Shown: positions 49,152-63,569 of the stretch, in pieces | Numbering within the stretch: the stretch's first letter is position 1 | How the letters are laid out: each line of letters begins with the position of its first letter | DNA from: Eledone cirrhosa | Lineage: Eukaryota | Direction: 5' to 3' | Assembly (NCBI GenBank): GCA_964016885.1 | Contig: OZ024743.1 | Span: 89,590,001 to 89,654,000, forward strand | Length of the DNA: 64,000 nucleotides | The notes under the pieces: generated by a model | The model's input: the letters and a program-made list of their open reading frames with translations, nothing else | Databases searched by the model: none | Told to the model about the DNA's origin: nothing | Position numbers and translations under genes: made by a program

Positions 49152-49514
49152 CACTCACACTCGCTCTCACAAACATACTCACACTGAACCACTCGCACAC
49201 ACAACTGTTAGGGCGTCGGATTAGATGTTTCGGTAGTTGTTCCAGCTCTCTGCTTTCTGAGTTCAAATCCCAGCATTGCAACTCGTTAATTAAACCTGTT
49301 GTCACATAGTCCAATGAACCTGTGATAATAGGTACAAATAGAAATTTATGGTTAGCATATTAGAGATGTAAATTCATCACTAGTTTCACATATATATTCT
49401 TTTTCCACTATTTTCAATGGGGCTTTCATGTATGTATGTATGTATGTATGTATGTATGTATGTATGTATGTATGTATGTATGTATGTATGTATGTATGTA
49501 TGTATGTACGTATA

Positions 49515-50632
49515 TATGAGTCAATGGCCATCCAAAATCATAGGAGAGATGACCCCTTAACCTTTGTCAAGGCAGAATTATAGGAAAAGGAACACTCTGA
49601 TATAACACCTGCAACCCTGATGGTATCCAATGATGATGACTTGTTCTTCTTTTTGGTAAATATCATCTTGGTTAAGAGAGTGGGACTGGCTTTGTGCAGT
49701 GCCTTTGCTCACTATAAAAGCTTCACGGCACAGGCATTGCTTTATATCTGGAGATCTCTCTGCACTTGTCGTCACATGGTACCATGGGCCCAGCACTATG
49801 TGTCAATAATTGTCACAAGTGTAGTGTTTGTACCAGAGTTTTCAAGTCGCTGGCTGGACTAAAAAGTCACACTTGTTCAGCGCATCGGTAGGGGTTCTCC
49901 TACATGGATATAAAGTAGTGGCCGTACTCGAAAACGAGTTGGCAGCCACCATGTATGTATGTATGTATGTATGTATGTATGTATGTATGTATGTATGTAT
50001 GTATGTATGTATGTATGTAGGTAGGTAGGTAGATATGTAGGTAGGTAGGTAGGTAGGTAGGTAGGTAGGTAGGTAGGTAGGTATGAACGTGTCAGGTCGC
50101 TCTTTAGTGCTACTGGTAACATGTCACCCAGTACAACATGTGCATGGTCGGGTCGTCAGTGATTAAACCGGCATCCCCACCAAGCTTGCTTGGTGAGGAG
50201 GGTGAATTTGGACACCCTGGGGGATGAAAAACAAAACCCGTCAAAGGACGGAGGAACTAAAGAGAGTAAACGGCAATCAAGTTGCTTTTTTTATGGAACG
50301 AGAGACTCAAAGTCTTCATTAAGACATCTCTTCTAGGAAAAGGTCACTCTGGTATAAAACCTACGACTTCGTTTGCATCCAATGATGGAGACCAGTTCTT
50401 CTTTTTGGACAAATACATTCGATGTTCAGAGAGTGGGTTTGACTCCCTGCAAAGCCTTTCCTCACTTAAAAATAACTTCAAGCACAGGCATCGCTTGATA
50501 TGTGACATTTATTGCGATGTATGGTATTGCTGGCCATAGGTAAATCCCTAGCAGGACTAAAGAGCCACCTCTGTAATGCTCATGCTTAAGTATCAAGCGA
50601 TGGCATTACTCGAAATCAAGTTGCAGCCATCA
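49515..50632 (+). mobile_element. Two diverged head-to-tail retroposon copies with (ATGT)n tails
   Basis: 49581-49743 resembles 50334-50497 (TAGGAAAAGG..CACTCTG.TATAA.ACCT...ATCCAATGATG...GTTCTTCTTTTTGG...GCACAGGCAT); both end GCAGCCA(C/T)C-ATGT. Confidence 0.6.
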
Positions 50633-53123
50633 TGTATTATGTATGCATGTTTGTGTATATATATGTATGTATGCATGTATGTGTGCATGTATGCATGTAT
50701 GTATGCATGTATGTATGTGTGCATGTATGTGTATGTGAGTACGTAGTATGTACGTAGTATGTACGTAGTATGTACGTATTGTTTGTCACTGTTATTGCCA
50801 AGTCTCACAGGGGTTGTAAACAAACGATTCTGTAAAAAGAGAACTCATTTTTTTTTCTTTTTACATTTGTATCATGCGAAATCTTGGAGCTTAAGTGAAA
50901 GGAAATTCACAGCTCACACCAATTCTAGATTAAACTGGCCTCCTACGAGGTTGCATCTCACAGGGAAGTTTTTTTTTTATAGGGGCTCCCAGTCCTATCA
51001 TAGTAACTCAGGGCTTAGGTAGATATTCAGCTGGAGAAAGTGAAACGGATCATCTCGCTCTTCAAGGCAAATTGTTTTATTTATTTATTTATTTGACAGT
51101 AGAAACCCCGTGTCAGGGTATACACTCATAAACTGAAAACAACAACAACAACAACACATTACGCGGTCAGTTGAGCTGGAATCTGAAATCAAATCTGCTG
51201 AGACCATATGAAAGCTATATTAGTGATGGATGGAAAGTTCTAGAAGAGAATAACAAGTACATTGTTAATAATAACGTTGTTATATTTATATTATGAGAGA
51301 AACGAGCTGGGGGTGGATCGGAATTGTGACGTGCTGTCGTGTTGACACCTCAGCAAACAATCATAAATATGAAAAATAGCGACTGTTTACAACTAACGCG
51401 AAAGACTAGCCTTTTATGGGCTTTTTGTATATATTTCTTCTCGCTCCTCGCTGTTCACATTAAAAGTATTTGATATGGAGAAATGAAACCAGAAACTAAT
51501 GAAATCGAAAAGCTAGTTTAAGCTGTTTTCGATAAAGAATGAAACCATTTCCAGTAAATAAAGATGGCTTACATGAGTTATTCTTTCATTTAACCCTAAC
51601 TTTTTTTTTAGTAATTTCACAGTTTGCTCTAAACGTCTTTCATTACATATTTCAACACATGACATGCAATAGGCTCCTAACGCCGGATGGAGTCATAGGG
51701 GCGTAGTAGTGATGATATACGGCATGTCCTACGCATTTAAACTTGGCAGAGCCCGTCTCTCTACTGATCTGAACAGTGGAGAGAGGGAGGGGAGAGGGAA
51801 AGAGAGAGAGAGAGAAAAAAGGGTGGAAAGGAAGTAAGAAAGAGATGTAGAGGAATAATTTGCTCCAGTGCAAGACTAGCACTTATAAACCTCGAAAGGA
51901 CATCAACGAGATTTGAGCTCAGGGCGTAGAGAGCCGTCACGAATACTGCCAAGCAGTCTATCTGACCTTCTAACGACTATACCAATTTGTCGCATATCTA
52001 AAGACATTTTCTTTAAATTTTATTTTATCATTTTTAGATTAATACTCGAGAGAGCTATTTATATTTTAGACATGTAAATCAGGGCTATATTTTTCATAAA
52101 GCTGGCTAGGCTAAAACCTAGAACTAGGAGCAGTATCTTTTTTTCTTTCTGTAGTGAGTTGAATGAATGAAGTCCTAGAGAAGAGAAGGGGTGCATGCGT
52201 CCTTCTATGCCATTCTGTGCGGCTTTTTGAAAGAAAAAATGTCCAGGTTTTTAATTTTTATTAATATGTTTTTGTCTCTTATTATTTTAATTTAAACCAT
52301 AAGATTAATATATTTTAAATACCAAACAGTAAAAGAAAATTCCACGAAATAATCCACACTGACAGACAGCCAGAATTGATTAAAATAGTAGATCATATAT
52401 ATTTATAGTTTGCTGAACGCGGCCTTATTATATTACAAGTAACGGCCTTTCATCATGAAAAGGTACCCACCTCTGTCCAAGAGGGTGCCCAAAATAACTA
52501 AAAGCCTTGGCCCGGCCATAAGTTAATACGACCCTGGCGTGAATTGCTGTAGTAGAGAGACGATAGTGTTCACTGATAGTATTTCGATTATATACGTCAC
52601 ACTATCTAATTATGTCAGCTCAATAATTCGGTAGCTGCAGGCCAATCATTTGAAATGCTTGTCAAACGTTAAACACGTTACCGCTGTCGAGAATCTCATT
52701 TTAAGAATAATTCTATCCTCATGTTTTGTTTATGTTGGCTTAATAGCAAGAACATCATCATCGTCAACTGCAGCAACTACTACTACTGCTTCCACCACTA
52801 CTCCCACTATTACTTATTTTGCTGTAGCCAACACCACCACTACCACTGCTACCACCGCTGCTACTACTACTAGACAGGCTACAGAAATGTCAGTTAAAGC
52901 AACAAAGACAATAGCAACACCAACAAGAATATCAATTACAACAGCAATGGTAACAATAACAACAAGAACAGAGGCAACAAGAACAACAACGACAACAACG
53001 ACGATAGCGAGAAGTAAACCATCATCTAAAGACTGAACTTCTACTCAAGCTTATACTCGAGATTTAAGTTACTGAAAGGAGTTTTTGTTGAAAGTGCACT
53101 TGAAGTTCCCAGATGTTGTACTA

Positions 53124-53195
53124 GAAGAAGAAGAAGAAGAAGAAGAAGAAGAAGAAGAAGAAGAAGAAGAAGAAGAAGAAGAAGAAGAAGAAGAA
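53124..53195. repeat. (GAA)n microsatellite
   Basis: ~24 perfect units. Confidence 0.95.
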
Positions 53196-53261
53196 ACAGG
53201 ACAGTACCATACCACCATCACCATCTCAATCACAATTATAAATGACGATTATTATTATTAA

Positions 53262-53373
53262 TCTCGCCGAGGTCAACTTTGCCTTTCATCCTTACGGGCT
53301 CGATAAAATAAAGTACCAGTAATGTACTGAGTTATTGCTGGCCTTGGGCCAAAAGTAGAAACAATTATTATTA
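53262..53373 (+). mobile_element. Family A SINE, 5' truncated
   Basis: CGCCGAGGTCAACTTTGCCTTTCATCC...GATAAAATAAAGTACCAG...(TTA)n. Confidence 0.75.
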
Positions 53374-53405
53374 TAACCGTTGTGGCCAATAAATGAAAGA
53401 ATTAT

Positions 53406-53537
<132 letters not shown>

Positions 53538-53544
53538 ATATATT

Positions 53545-53615
<71 letters not shown>

Positions 53616-53624
53616 ATATATTTG

Positions 53625-53687
<63 letters not shown>

Positions 53688-53697
53688 TAGGACCGAA

Positions 53698-53751
<54 letters not shown>

Positions 53752-54197
53752 AAAAATGTGTGAAATCCTTGGTACAGTTAGGTACATATGGAAAAAAAAA
53801 TATATATATATAATATATCATCATCATCATCATCATTATAATTTCTTTTCTTGCAGTCAGAAAGTCATGTGTAAAATGAATGCCATTTTGAAGGACAAAG
53901 TTAAAATGGCGCTGTTTTGTCCAGCCCTAGGCAACAAGTATATGATAATTACTCCCTTATGTGAGGCATCACGAGATTGTTTGATGCTTTAACTGTCAAT
54001 TTTAACTGACGTTCTCTTTCTAAATTGACCCGTTTTAGTCTATATATGTATGTGTGAGCATATGTGTGTATATTTGGATGGATTGGTGTATTGATGGTAT
54101 GCATGTGTATGTATGTGTGTATGTATATGAGTATATATATATATATATAAAATATACATATAAAATATACATCTTTCGTACATGAGTGTGTACCTCT

Positions 54198-54252
<55 letters not shown>

Positions 54253-54323
54253 CATATATATAATACATATATATATATAATACATATATATATATATATA
54301 TAATACATATATATATATATATA

Positions 54324-54396
<73 letters not shown>

Positions 54397-54447
54397 TATA
54401 TATATCTATATCTATATAAATATATAAATATATATATATATATAACT

Positions 54448-54532
<85 letters not shown>

Positions 54533-54582
54533 TATCTATATCTATATCTATATAAATATATAAATATATATATATATATAAC

Positions 54583-54616
<34 letters not shown>

Positions 54617-54657
54617 AATATATATATATAAATATATATATATATAAATATATATAA

Positions 54658-54740
<83 letters not shown>

Positions 54741-55689
54741 CACACACTAGTACAAATATATATTACGTGTGTATGTATGTATATATGGAGAGGGAGGGGT
54801 GATTCGTGTCTCCGATTTATACCTTCCCTTCCCCCTCCCATTCCCCCATCTCCCTCAAACGCCCTAACCACCATCGCCACCATATCTTTCTTTTCATTAT
54901 CCTTGGTTTCATTGTTTTAGTGCTTTTCTGTTATTTATGTTAGATTTTTATCACAGACCAGCTTCTGTTTCCTTGCAAACTGTTATTTCTTATTATTCCT
55001 CTACCCTCGCAACCACCTCCACTCCCACAGTCAGACGACCACCACACCCAACCCACATTTCACCTTCTTCGCCGTCTCTATCGTCGGCGTTCAATTTATC
55101 CACGTTTTCACTCTTTGAACCCGTCACTCACTCATCAAGGTTTTGTTGTTGTTTTTTTTTAGTAGTTGGGGTAGGCAGAAGGGGCTTCTCTTTGCCGACA
55201 TTTTCTCTACTGATAATGGTTTCAAATTTAGGCACAAAGCCAGTCATTTTTTAAGGGGAAAGTTATTGACCCCAGACTGAAGAAAGGTAAATATACCCTC
55301 GATGGGATTTGAACTCAGAACATAAAGAATCGGTAGAAATACTACAAAATATTTCGTCCAACACCCTAAAACTCTACTAACACACAATCCTCATGATTTT
55401 TATTAATAACAATAAAACAGTGGAGTAGCTGTTTCAGCGTGTCTCCTTCGCCGTCCTCCGGGGCAATATATTCTCCATCCTGTCAGCCCGGACCCAGAGG
55501 TGGTGTGTAAGTTAGTTGGTGGTGGGGGATACTCGTTTGGATCTCACTTCTACACATGTATTAAATACACAACTTTTATTATCGCGAGAATATATTAGTC
55601 CATTGTAGATTTTTATTGATTGTATAAAACAGTTATCGGTCAAATGGTGCATTGTTATATTTTTAGAAATTTAATTCTGAAAAATAGAA

Positions 55690-56055
55690 AAAAGTCTACA
55701 AACTCTCGACTAATTGGAACGTCAGCAGCCCATCTGACGAAGGAGCCCCGTAAGTTGGGGTGGCTGTTGCAGCGGGTGTTGCTGACCATTAACCACAGAA
55801 ATGCCTTTGCAGTTCTGTCCGCGCGGTACAGTAGAAACACAGCCCCGACCTAAGTAGTCTTTCTCCCGCTGCCAAACGGTCCTTGCCCTTTCCCCCATTT
55901 TCTTTAAATCTATAGCATTTATAGTCCTTTCCTCTACAGCCAAATCTGCCCTTCCTTACCCTTTCCTCCTTGCTTTCTCCATTATTTTTGTTTTTATCTT
56001 TTTTTAATATTTCCCTCATTGTATAACTTCTGTAAATTATAGTTGAATTAATAAA
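55690..56055 (+). mobile_element. CRE-like LINE 3' end
   Basis: RLIGTSAAHLTKEPRKLGWLLQRVLLTINHRNAFAVLSAR, then stop, pyrimidine-rich UTR and AATAAA at 56050. Confidence 0.6.
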
Positions 56056-56691
56056 ACCATAGCTTTTGTAATTCTTGTTGGAAACTTTACTTCAAGGTGA
56101 TTTCTCCCAACGCTTTAATCCTTTAATTACCAATTTAACCAAAACCAGCTCTAGTTCTATGAAATAAAACCACCCATTTTAAAGGTTTCCAATTTAAATT
56201 AAAATCTTCTAACGTGATTTTATATAAGAACCTTACATTAAGTTACTATCTTAGTAATGAAATAATCAATAATTTTAGTTATTCCCTCAAAATTCTTTAT
56301 TAATTAATTAAGATACATTTCTTTATTTGCTACAAAGGCGCAAAAAGATGGGGACAAATACATACAATTAAGATAGAGTGTATTTCATTAGAAATGTGAT
56401 CATGAAATGGTTAAGGATTTATAGTTGAAGTCTTTCCCTAGCTCGGAGACTCATCAAGTCGGAGTTTATTCTTGTTTTATTAGCATTGAGCGACTGACAG
56501 TACAAGAACCTCCCAACTCTCCCATGGACATGTATTTGTGTGTATAACTTTTAACGATTTACAGACAAATACATGCTAACATATATAAACAAACACACAT
56601 GACGTATTATTATGGCTGATTACATCACTCGACCTAGGCACCAGATACTTTGTTTTCGTTTATAAATCTGTTCATTATGTGTGTGTGCATG

Positions 56692-56791
<100 letters not shown>

Positions 56792-57886
56792 TGTGTGTAT
56801 GTATATATATATATATATAAATATATATATATACACTCTCGTGTCCCCTTTATTTACGTGTCCCAACAACTTTTTTTAGCCGCTGCTCGCACCAACCGGA
56901 GGTATATGGTCTTTAAAGCGATGAAATACCAATGATGGTTGGAAGATCACTGATGAAGGACTAACTTTATTCATATATATATATATATATATATATATTT
57001 ATTAAAATAACAGATTAAAGTTTAAGCAAAGAATCGTCGCTGCTTTCACCCTTAACGGGATCTTCTGAAAGTAACAAAGTCAATCTGTGAACGCAGAAGT
57101 GAATATTTCAAAAAACGTTGCAACCGGAGGAAGACAGGAAGACGATACTTTGGTTCGTGGAAACGTTCCCTGGCAAAGAACGGGAAAAAACGAATATAAT
57201 ACGAATATAATATTTTTATTACTATATATATATATTACTATATATATATATTACGGGGTCGATAAAATAAAGTACCAGTAATGCACTGGTTAATTGCTAG
57301 CCTTGTGCCTAAAGTAGAAACAATTATTACTATATATATATATATATATATATATCAGCAGTCGATTGAGAAGATCCCAAACCTCATTCGCTTAACGAGT
57401 GGTGTGGAGCTCGTCAAATCGGACCAATGTTTCCATTGATCTTTCCAATTGCTAATTCTATCTGTGGATCGCAAATCCGGGAAGAAGGAGCAACGTGAAA
57501 TAAAGTGTCTTGCTCAAGGACATAAGACATTCCGGTCTGGAAATCGAAATTATAACCGCACGATTGCGAATCCAATTCTCTAACCACTCAACCATGTGCC
57601 TTCAATATATAAATATATTTATAGAGAGATGGCGGTGGGGGATAGAATTGAAATCGAAGCTTCACCGTAACATTTTTTTACTATAATATAGTTCAATATT
57701 TGGGCGTATAAACCCACTGAACGGGCATTATCTGATACCCATCTTTTTCCGTTCAGTAGGTTTATACGCCCTTATTATTGAACTATATTATAGTGGAAAA
57801 TATAATATAGTGAAAATTATTAGTCTATATTATAGTGAAAAATATTACAATTCTAAACTTCGCTCGCCGCATTCCAAACAAACTTC

Positions 57887-57922
<36 letters not shown>

Positions 57923-58637
57923 GAAAAAATAAACTGTGAAATGTTTCAAGAGCCATTGATTTTTACAAATAATTTTACAAATAATTTTGAGGAGAACGTT
58001 TCGATAGCCCATACTTTGCTGATGAGGTCTACTAGGATAAAACATGTCCATAATTGTTGCTTGCCTACAGATAAAGATCCTCTAAGCACTAGTTCTACGA
58101 TTAGTTCTACTATAATTACAGTAACGACAGCAGTTACTACTACTACATCCACAAGTAGAAAAAGAAAAGAAGAAAAAAAAGAAAAAGAAGAAAAGAAAAA
58201 GAAGAACAAGAAAAGAAAAAGAAAAAGAAGATGAAAAGGAAGAAAAAAGAAAACGAAAAAGAAGAAAAAGAAAAACAACAACAACAATAGTCATATTGGC
58301 ACAATATCAAATACTTGTAAAGAGTGAGGTTAATCGATTTTATCGATCTTAATACATATCATTTATTCATTTTATCGATCTCAACTATCTGTGAAGCATC
58401 TTTGTAGATGAACGTGACCCTGCGTGGGTGTATATGTCTGTGTATATATGTCTGTGTGTATATGTCTGTGTGTATATGTTTGTATGTGTCTATATATCTG
58501 TGTGTCTGTGTATGTCTCTTTGTGTGTATATTGGATATATACATACAGTATATGTCTGTGTGTATATGTCTCTGTGTGTGTATATTAGGTATATATATGT
58601 CTGTGTGTGTATATATCTGTGTATTTGTGCTTTTCGT

Positions 58638-59730
58638 TGTGTATATATTAGCTGTGTATATATTAGCTGTGTATATATTAGCTGTGTATATATTGGCTGT
58701 GTATATATTGGCTGTGAATATATTAGCTGTGTATATATTAGCTGTGTATATATTGGCTGTGTATATATTAGCTGTGTATATATTAGCTGTGTATATATTG
58801 GCTGTGTATATATTGGCTGTGTATATATTAGCTGTGTATATATTAGCTGTGTATATATTGTGCATATATTAACTGTGTATATATTGGCTGTGTATATATT
58901 AGCTGTATATATATTAGCTGTGTATATATTGTGTATATATTAGCTGTGTATATATTGGCTGTGTATATATTAGCTGTGTATATATTGGGTGTGTATATAT
59001 TACATGTGTATATATAGGCTGTGTATATATTAGATGTATATATATTGGCTGTGTGTATATTGGCTGTGTATATATTAGCTGTGTATATATTGGGTGTGTA
59101 TATATTGGCTGTGTATATATTAGCTGTGTATATATTAGCTGTGTATATATAAGCTGTGTATATATTGGCTGTGTATATATTGGCTGTGTATATATTAGCT
59201 GTGTATATATTGGCTGTGTATATATTTGCTGTGTATATATTAGCTGTGTATATATTGGCTGTGTATATGTTAGCTGTGTATATATTAGCTGTGTATATAT
59301 TAGCTGTGTATATATTGGCTGTGTATATATTAGCTGTGTATATATTGGCTGTGTATATATTAGCTGTGTATATATTAGCTGTGTATATATTAGCTGAGTA
59401 TATATTGGCTGTGTATATATTGGCTGTGTCTATATTAGCTGTGTATATATTAGCTGTGTATATATTGTGCATATATTAGCTGAGTATATATTGGCTGTGT
59501 ATATATTAACTGTGTATATATTGGCTGTGTATATATTAGCTGAGTATATATTAGCTGTGTATATATTGGCTGTGTATATATTAGCTGTGTATATATTGGC
59601 TGTGTATATATTGGCTGTGTATATATTGGCTGTGTATATATTGGCTGTGTATATATTGGCTGTGTATATATTAGCTGTGTATATATTGGCTGTGTATATA
59701 TTAGCTGTGTATATATTAGCTGAGTATATA
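58638..59730. repeat. 15-bp minisatellite, ~72 copies
   Basis: Unit TGTGTATATATT(A/G)GC. Confidence 0.95.
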
Positions 59731-59895
59731 AGCATAGTTTTGACTATGATGGCTCAAACTAACTATAGAAAGAGCTAAAGTACATGCTGCCGGGAGTCCT
59801 TTGTATATTGTCTTTCTATCAGAGTAGAGGGGATGGATGTAATGGTAAGATTACTGGATAGACATCCCCCCCCCCCTATATATATATATATAAAT

Positions 59896-60789
59896 AAAGA
59901 GCGGAGCAAGCAATTATCAAACAATTCTCTAAATAAATTACAAAACGATTTAAATAATCACCTGTTCTATTGCTGTTACTGACGGTTTCACCAATCCCAA
60001 AATTGGAAATCCAGAGAATTTCCAATGGAAAGAATTGGATCTTCAGACAGCTTATTTCCATACTATAAGGTTGCTAGTCTTACAGTAAGTCAATATTTCG
60101 CTTCCTACCTAACGCATGCGGTCAGGCTGTTAAAATGACACACGCAACATCAGGTCACAAGTAAGAGCTGTTTATTATAAACTTGTTGATACTGCCACTA
60201 AAATTAGCAGCACATACAACGTTTTGTTCTCTACATAAGGAGAAAAATTATCGAACCACAACTATTATAAACACCTTGCATATTTCTATAGGTACCTAGT
60301 GCCTGTTGAAGTATTCATCCACTTTTATAATTTTTCTCCTTATGTAGAGAACAAAACGTTGTATGTGCTGCTGATTTTAGTGGCAGTATCAACAAGTTTA
60401 TAATAAACAGCTATTACTTGCGACCTGATTTTGCGTGTGTGTCATTTTAACAGCCTGACCGCATGCGTTAGGTAGGAAGCGAAATATTGACTTACTGTAA
60501 GACTAGCAACCTTATAGTATGGAAATAAGCTGTCTGAAGATCCAATTCTTTCCATTGGAAATTCTCTGGATTTCCAATTTTGGGATTGGTGAAACCGTCA
60601 GTAACAGCAATAGAACAGGTGATTATTTAAATCGTTTTGTAATTTATTTAGAGAATTGTTTGATAATTGCTTGCTCCGCTCTTTTTATATTGTTCTGGTA
60701 TCTCAAATTAGTACCATCGAACCACAACTATTATAAACACTTTGCATATTTCTATAGGTACCTAGTGCCTGTTGAAGTATTCATCCACT
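59896..60789. repeat. ~356-bp near-perfect inverted repeat plus a direct copy of its 75-bp spacer
   Basis: Arms 59896-60251 and 60327-60684; spacer sequence 60250-60323 repeated at 60716-60789. Confidence 0.93.
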
Positions 60790-60897
60790 AACGATAGTTA
60801 TAGCTCTGATTTATCTGAATTATTGAGCCCTCTGCCACTCATTTCTAATTTTGTTTATCGTGAACTCGTGCGCCGATTTTTCGATACTCGATTATTC

Positions 60898-61012
<115 letters not shown>

Positions 61013-61386
61013 AAAAGATATATAAGAAAAGATGGTTAAAAGAGTTCCATGTATTTTATTATGCGCATTTCAAAAACAAATATCATCATGCAATAATATT
61101 TGTGTTTTCATCAGATAAAACAGGAAGACATGATATGAAGGTTAAAAAACACTTGTGGATAGTGCAGTTTTAAATCAACATAGAGTAGAGTCCTTCTTAT
61201 CCGATATCTGCATTGCTTTATTGTACTACAATAAAACTCACCTCCTACATATATATATAAATGAGACAATAAGCTTCCATCTGTGTAAATGCATCATGTT
61301 CAGAATGTACACATAATAGTTATGTAGTGAGTACAGTGGCTGTGTTTTGGTAAAGATACGCCATCTATCTATCTATCTATCTATCT

Positions 61387-61442
<56 letters not shown>

Positions 61443-62458
61443 GTAATATTTATATTTATATTTATATATGTTTGATATAACTATAAATATGTACTACTAA
61501 GTTCTAGCCGGTTACCGGGATGACAAAAGGCTCAATGCAAATTTTTAAGTGTTTTACAGAGCTGAGATACAAAGTGTTAAAACGATAAAATTTTAGTTTA
61601 GAATATTTATTAGCTGACAATTGTTTCTTCCAGAGAGAAGTCTGATAAAATTAATCAAATCACGGTTTACCAACAGCTTAATAACGGTTAATACAAACCC
61701 TAGAAAAGATAATTTGCAGATAAAAAATGCATAAGATAATATACCTACAATAACAACATGGCCAGTAATTCGGAGGAATTTACATTTAACAAACAAACAC
61801 CTATTGACTATAAACGACTTAAAATAATCCCATGGTTTATAGCTGTGAGTAACAAACAACACATGCACATAAATACGAACTACAACTCAAAAACACTTAA
61901 ATGAAAATCGCATACCCAACTCTATCTAGTGCTTTACATTACACCTTACATAAAAAATACCTACATTATCACCACACGCCTCTCTAACAAATTCCACACT
62001 ATCTTAAATGTTTATAACAAATATAACATGATTTAACACTCCACACAAAATATGTTTATTTCAACTGCATTATAACCCTTTCCTCATACATGCCTTATTG
62101 ACTGTATTGACTCCTGCATTGTACACCAATTGTCCTTGCTTGTAACTTCTTTGCCTGTGTTTTTTTGCTTGTGATTTTTTTGCTTGTGCTTTTTACTTTT
62201 ACTTATATCTATTACACTTCCAGTCAGTGCTGCCTGTAATTGTGTTATTTCAAGCGGAACATCTTTTTAACTCCTGACTCTCCACATGATGCCTTTGACA
62301 CTAAGAACAACTATGTACCCTAAATGTTCTAAATGACTAGGATTCTAGTTACACGTTTTCGACATTCCATATGCTCCGATGATTCCAGACTTCCCTCTGG
62401 AAGAAACAATTGTCAGCAAATAAATGTTCTAAGCTAAAATTTGATCGTTTTAACACTT

Positions 62459-62544
<86 letters not shown>

Positions 62545-62719
62545 TTTAATATCATGTTTAATATAGAAGTGGCTTTCCTGATGATTTCTTTTGAGTGAAA
62601 CTTTTCTATTCCTGTAGAAGCCATTTCTATATTAAACATTATATATATATATTTATATATATATTTAAATATATAAATTTGTTTTGCAAGGTTTTTGATA
62701 TGAAATCGTGTGTTGAAAC

Positions 62720-63180
62720 AAATATTGCTATATTTGGGTAGGGTCATATTGTTATGATATTGCCAGAAATAATAATAAAACACACTGTTCGGTTTGGATT
62801 GGTTTTTGCTGTGTATATTTTATACCCCTATAGTTAATTTAGCTGGCAATCAATGTTTATCATTGTTTGACCAACGGTTAAAAATATAGATATAAATATC
62901 TATCTATTTATTTTTGCGTATACATTACAATAAAACGGGAGGAAACATAATAGTACCACTGATGATGTCACAGGTGTGTGATGAAAGAACTTTGATAGAC
63001 CATATATATATATTTTTTAAAGTTGGTCCATCAATGATAAACATTGATTGCCAGCTAAATTAACTATAGGGATATAAAATATACAGAAGCGAAAACCAAT
63101 CCAAACTAAACAGTGAGTGCGTTTTATTATTTCTGGCAATATTATAAAAATATGACCCTCTGCAAATATAACAACATATA
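62720..63180. repeat. ~145-bp inverted repeat with a ~165-bp spacer
   Basis: CCCTATAGTTAATTTAGCTGGCAATCAATGTTTATCATTG mirrored from 63032; arm homologous to 20240-20362. Confidence 0.85.
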
Positions 63181-63569
63181 TATAAACATATACACATATT
63201 CATATATATGTATATATCTAAGTCTAAAGTCTGTCTCAAGCCCAGAGGCTCACCAGGCCCGTGCTTATCCCGGTTCCCATGGCGTTAAGCGACTGAGAGT
63301 ACAATACTTCCCCTGGACAGCTATTGTTGGTACTCATTTCAGCTGAGTATACTGGAACAACATGAAATGAAGTGTTTTGCTCAAGAACACATGTATATAT
63401 ATATATATACATTTAAGTTTGGTGGTTCACCACTGGATAGAACGGGTCATTCTGTATAGCCAACCATGCTGTAATATTAGGAAAAGCACTCGACGTTAAG
63501 CAACTCATCCATCTTTGATGTTGAATTTTGCTGATGGTGCGAGAACGGAGTTAATTAATATTGAGTAAA

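Noticed and set aside
55734-55760. CTGACGA hammerhead start (also CTGATGA at 56950 and CTGAAGA at 24581)
   Set aside because: No properly placed stem II plus GAAA; the first lies in CRE coding sequence
60519-60791. Duplicated MEISCLKIQFF ORFs as a gene pair
   Set aside because: Consequence of the inverted duplication; no recognisable domain
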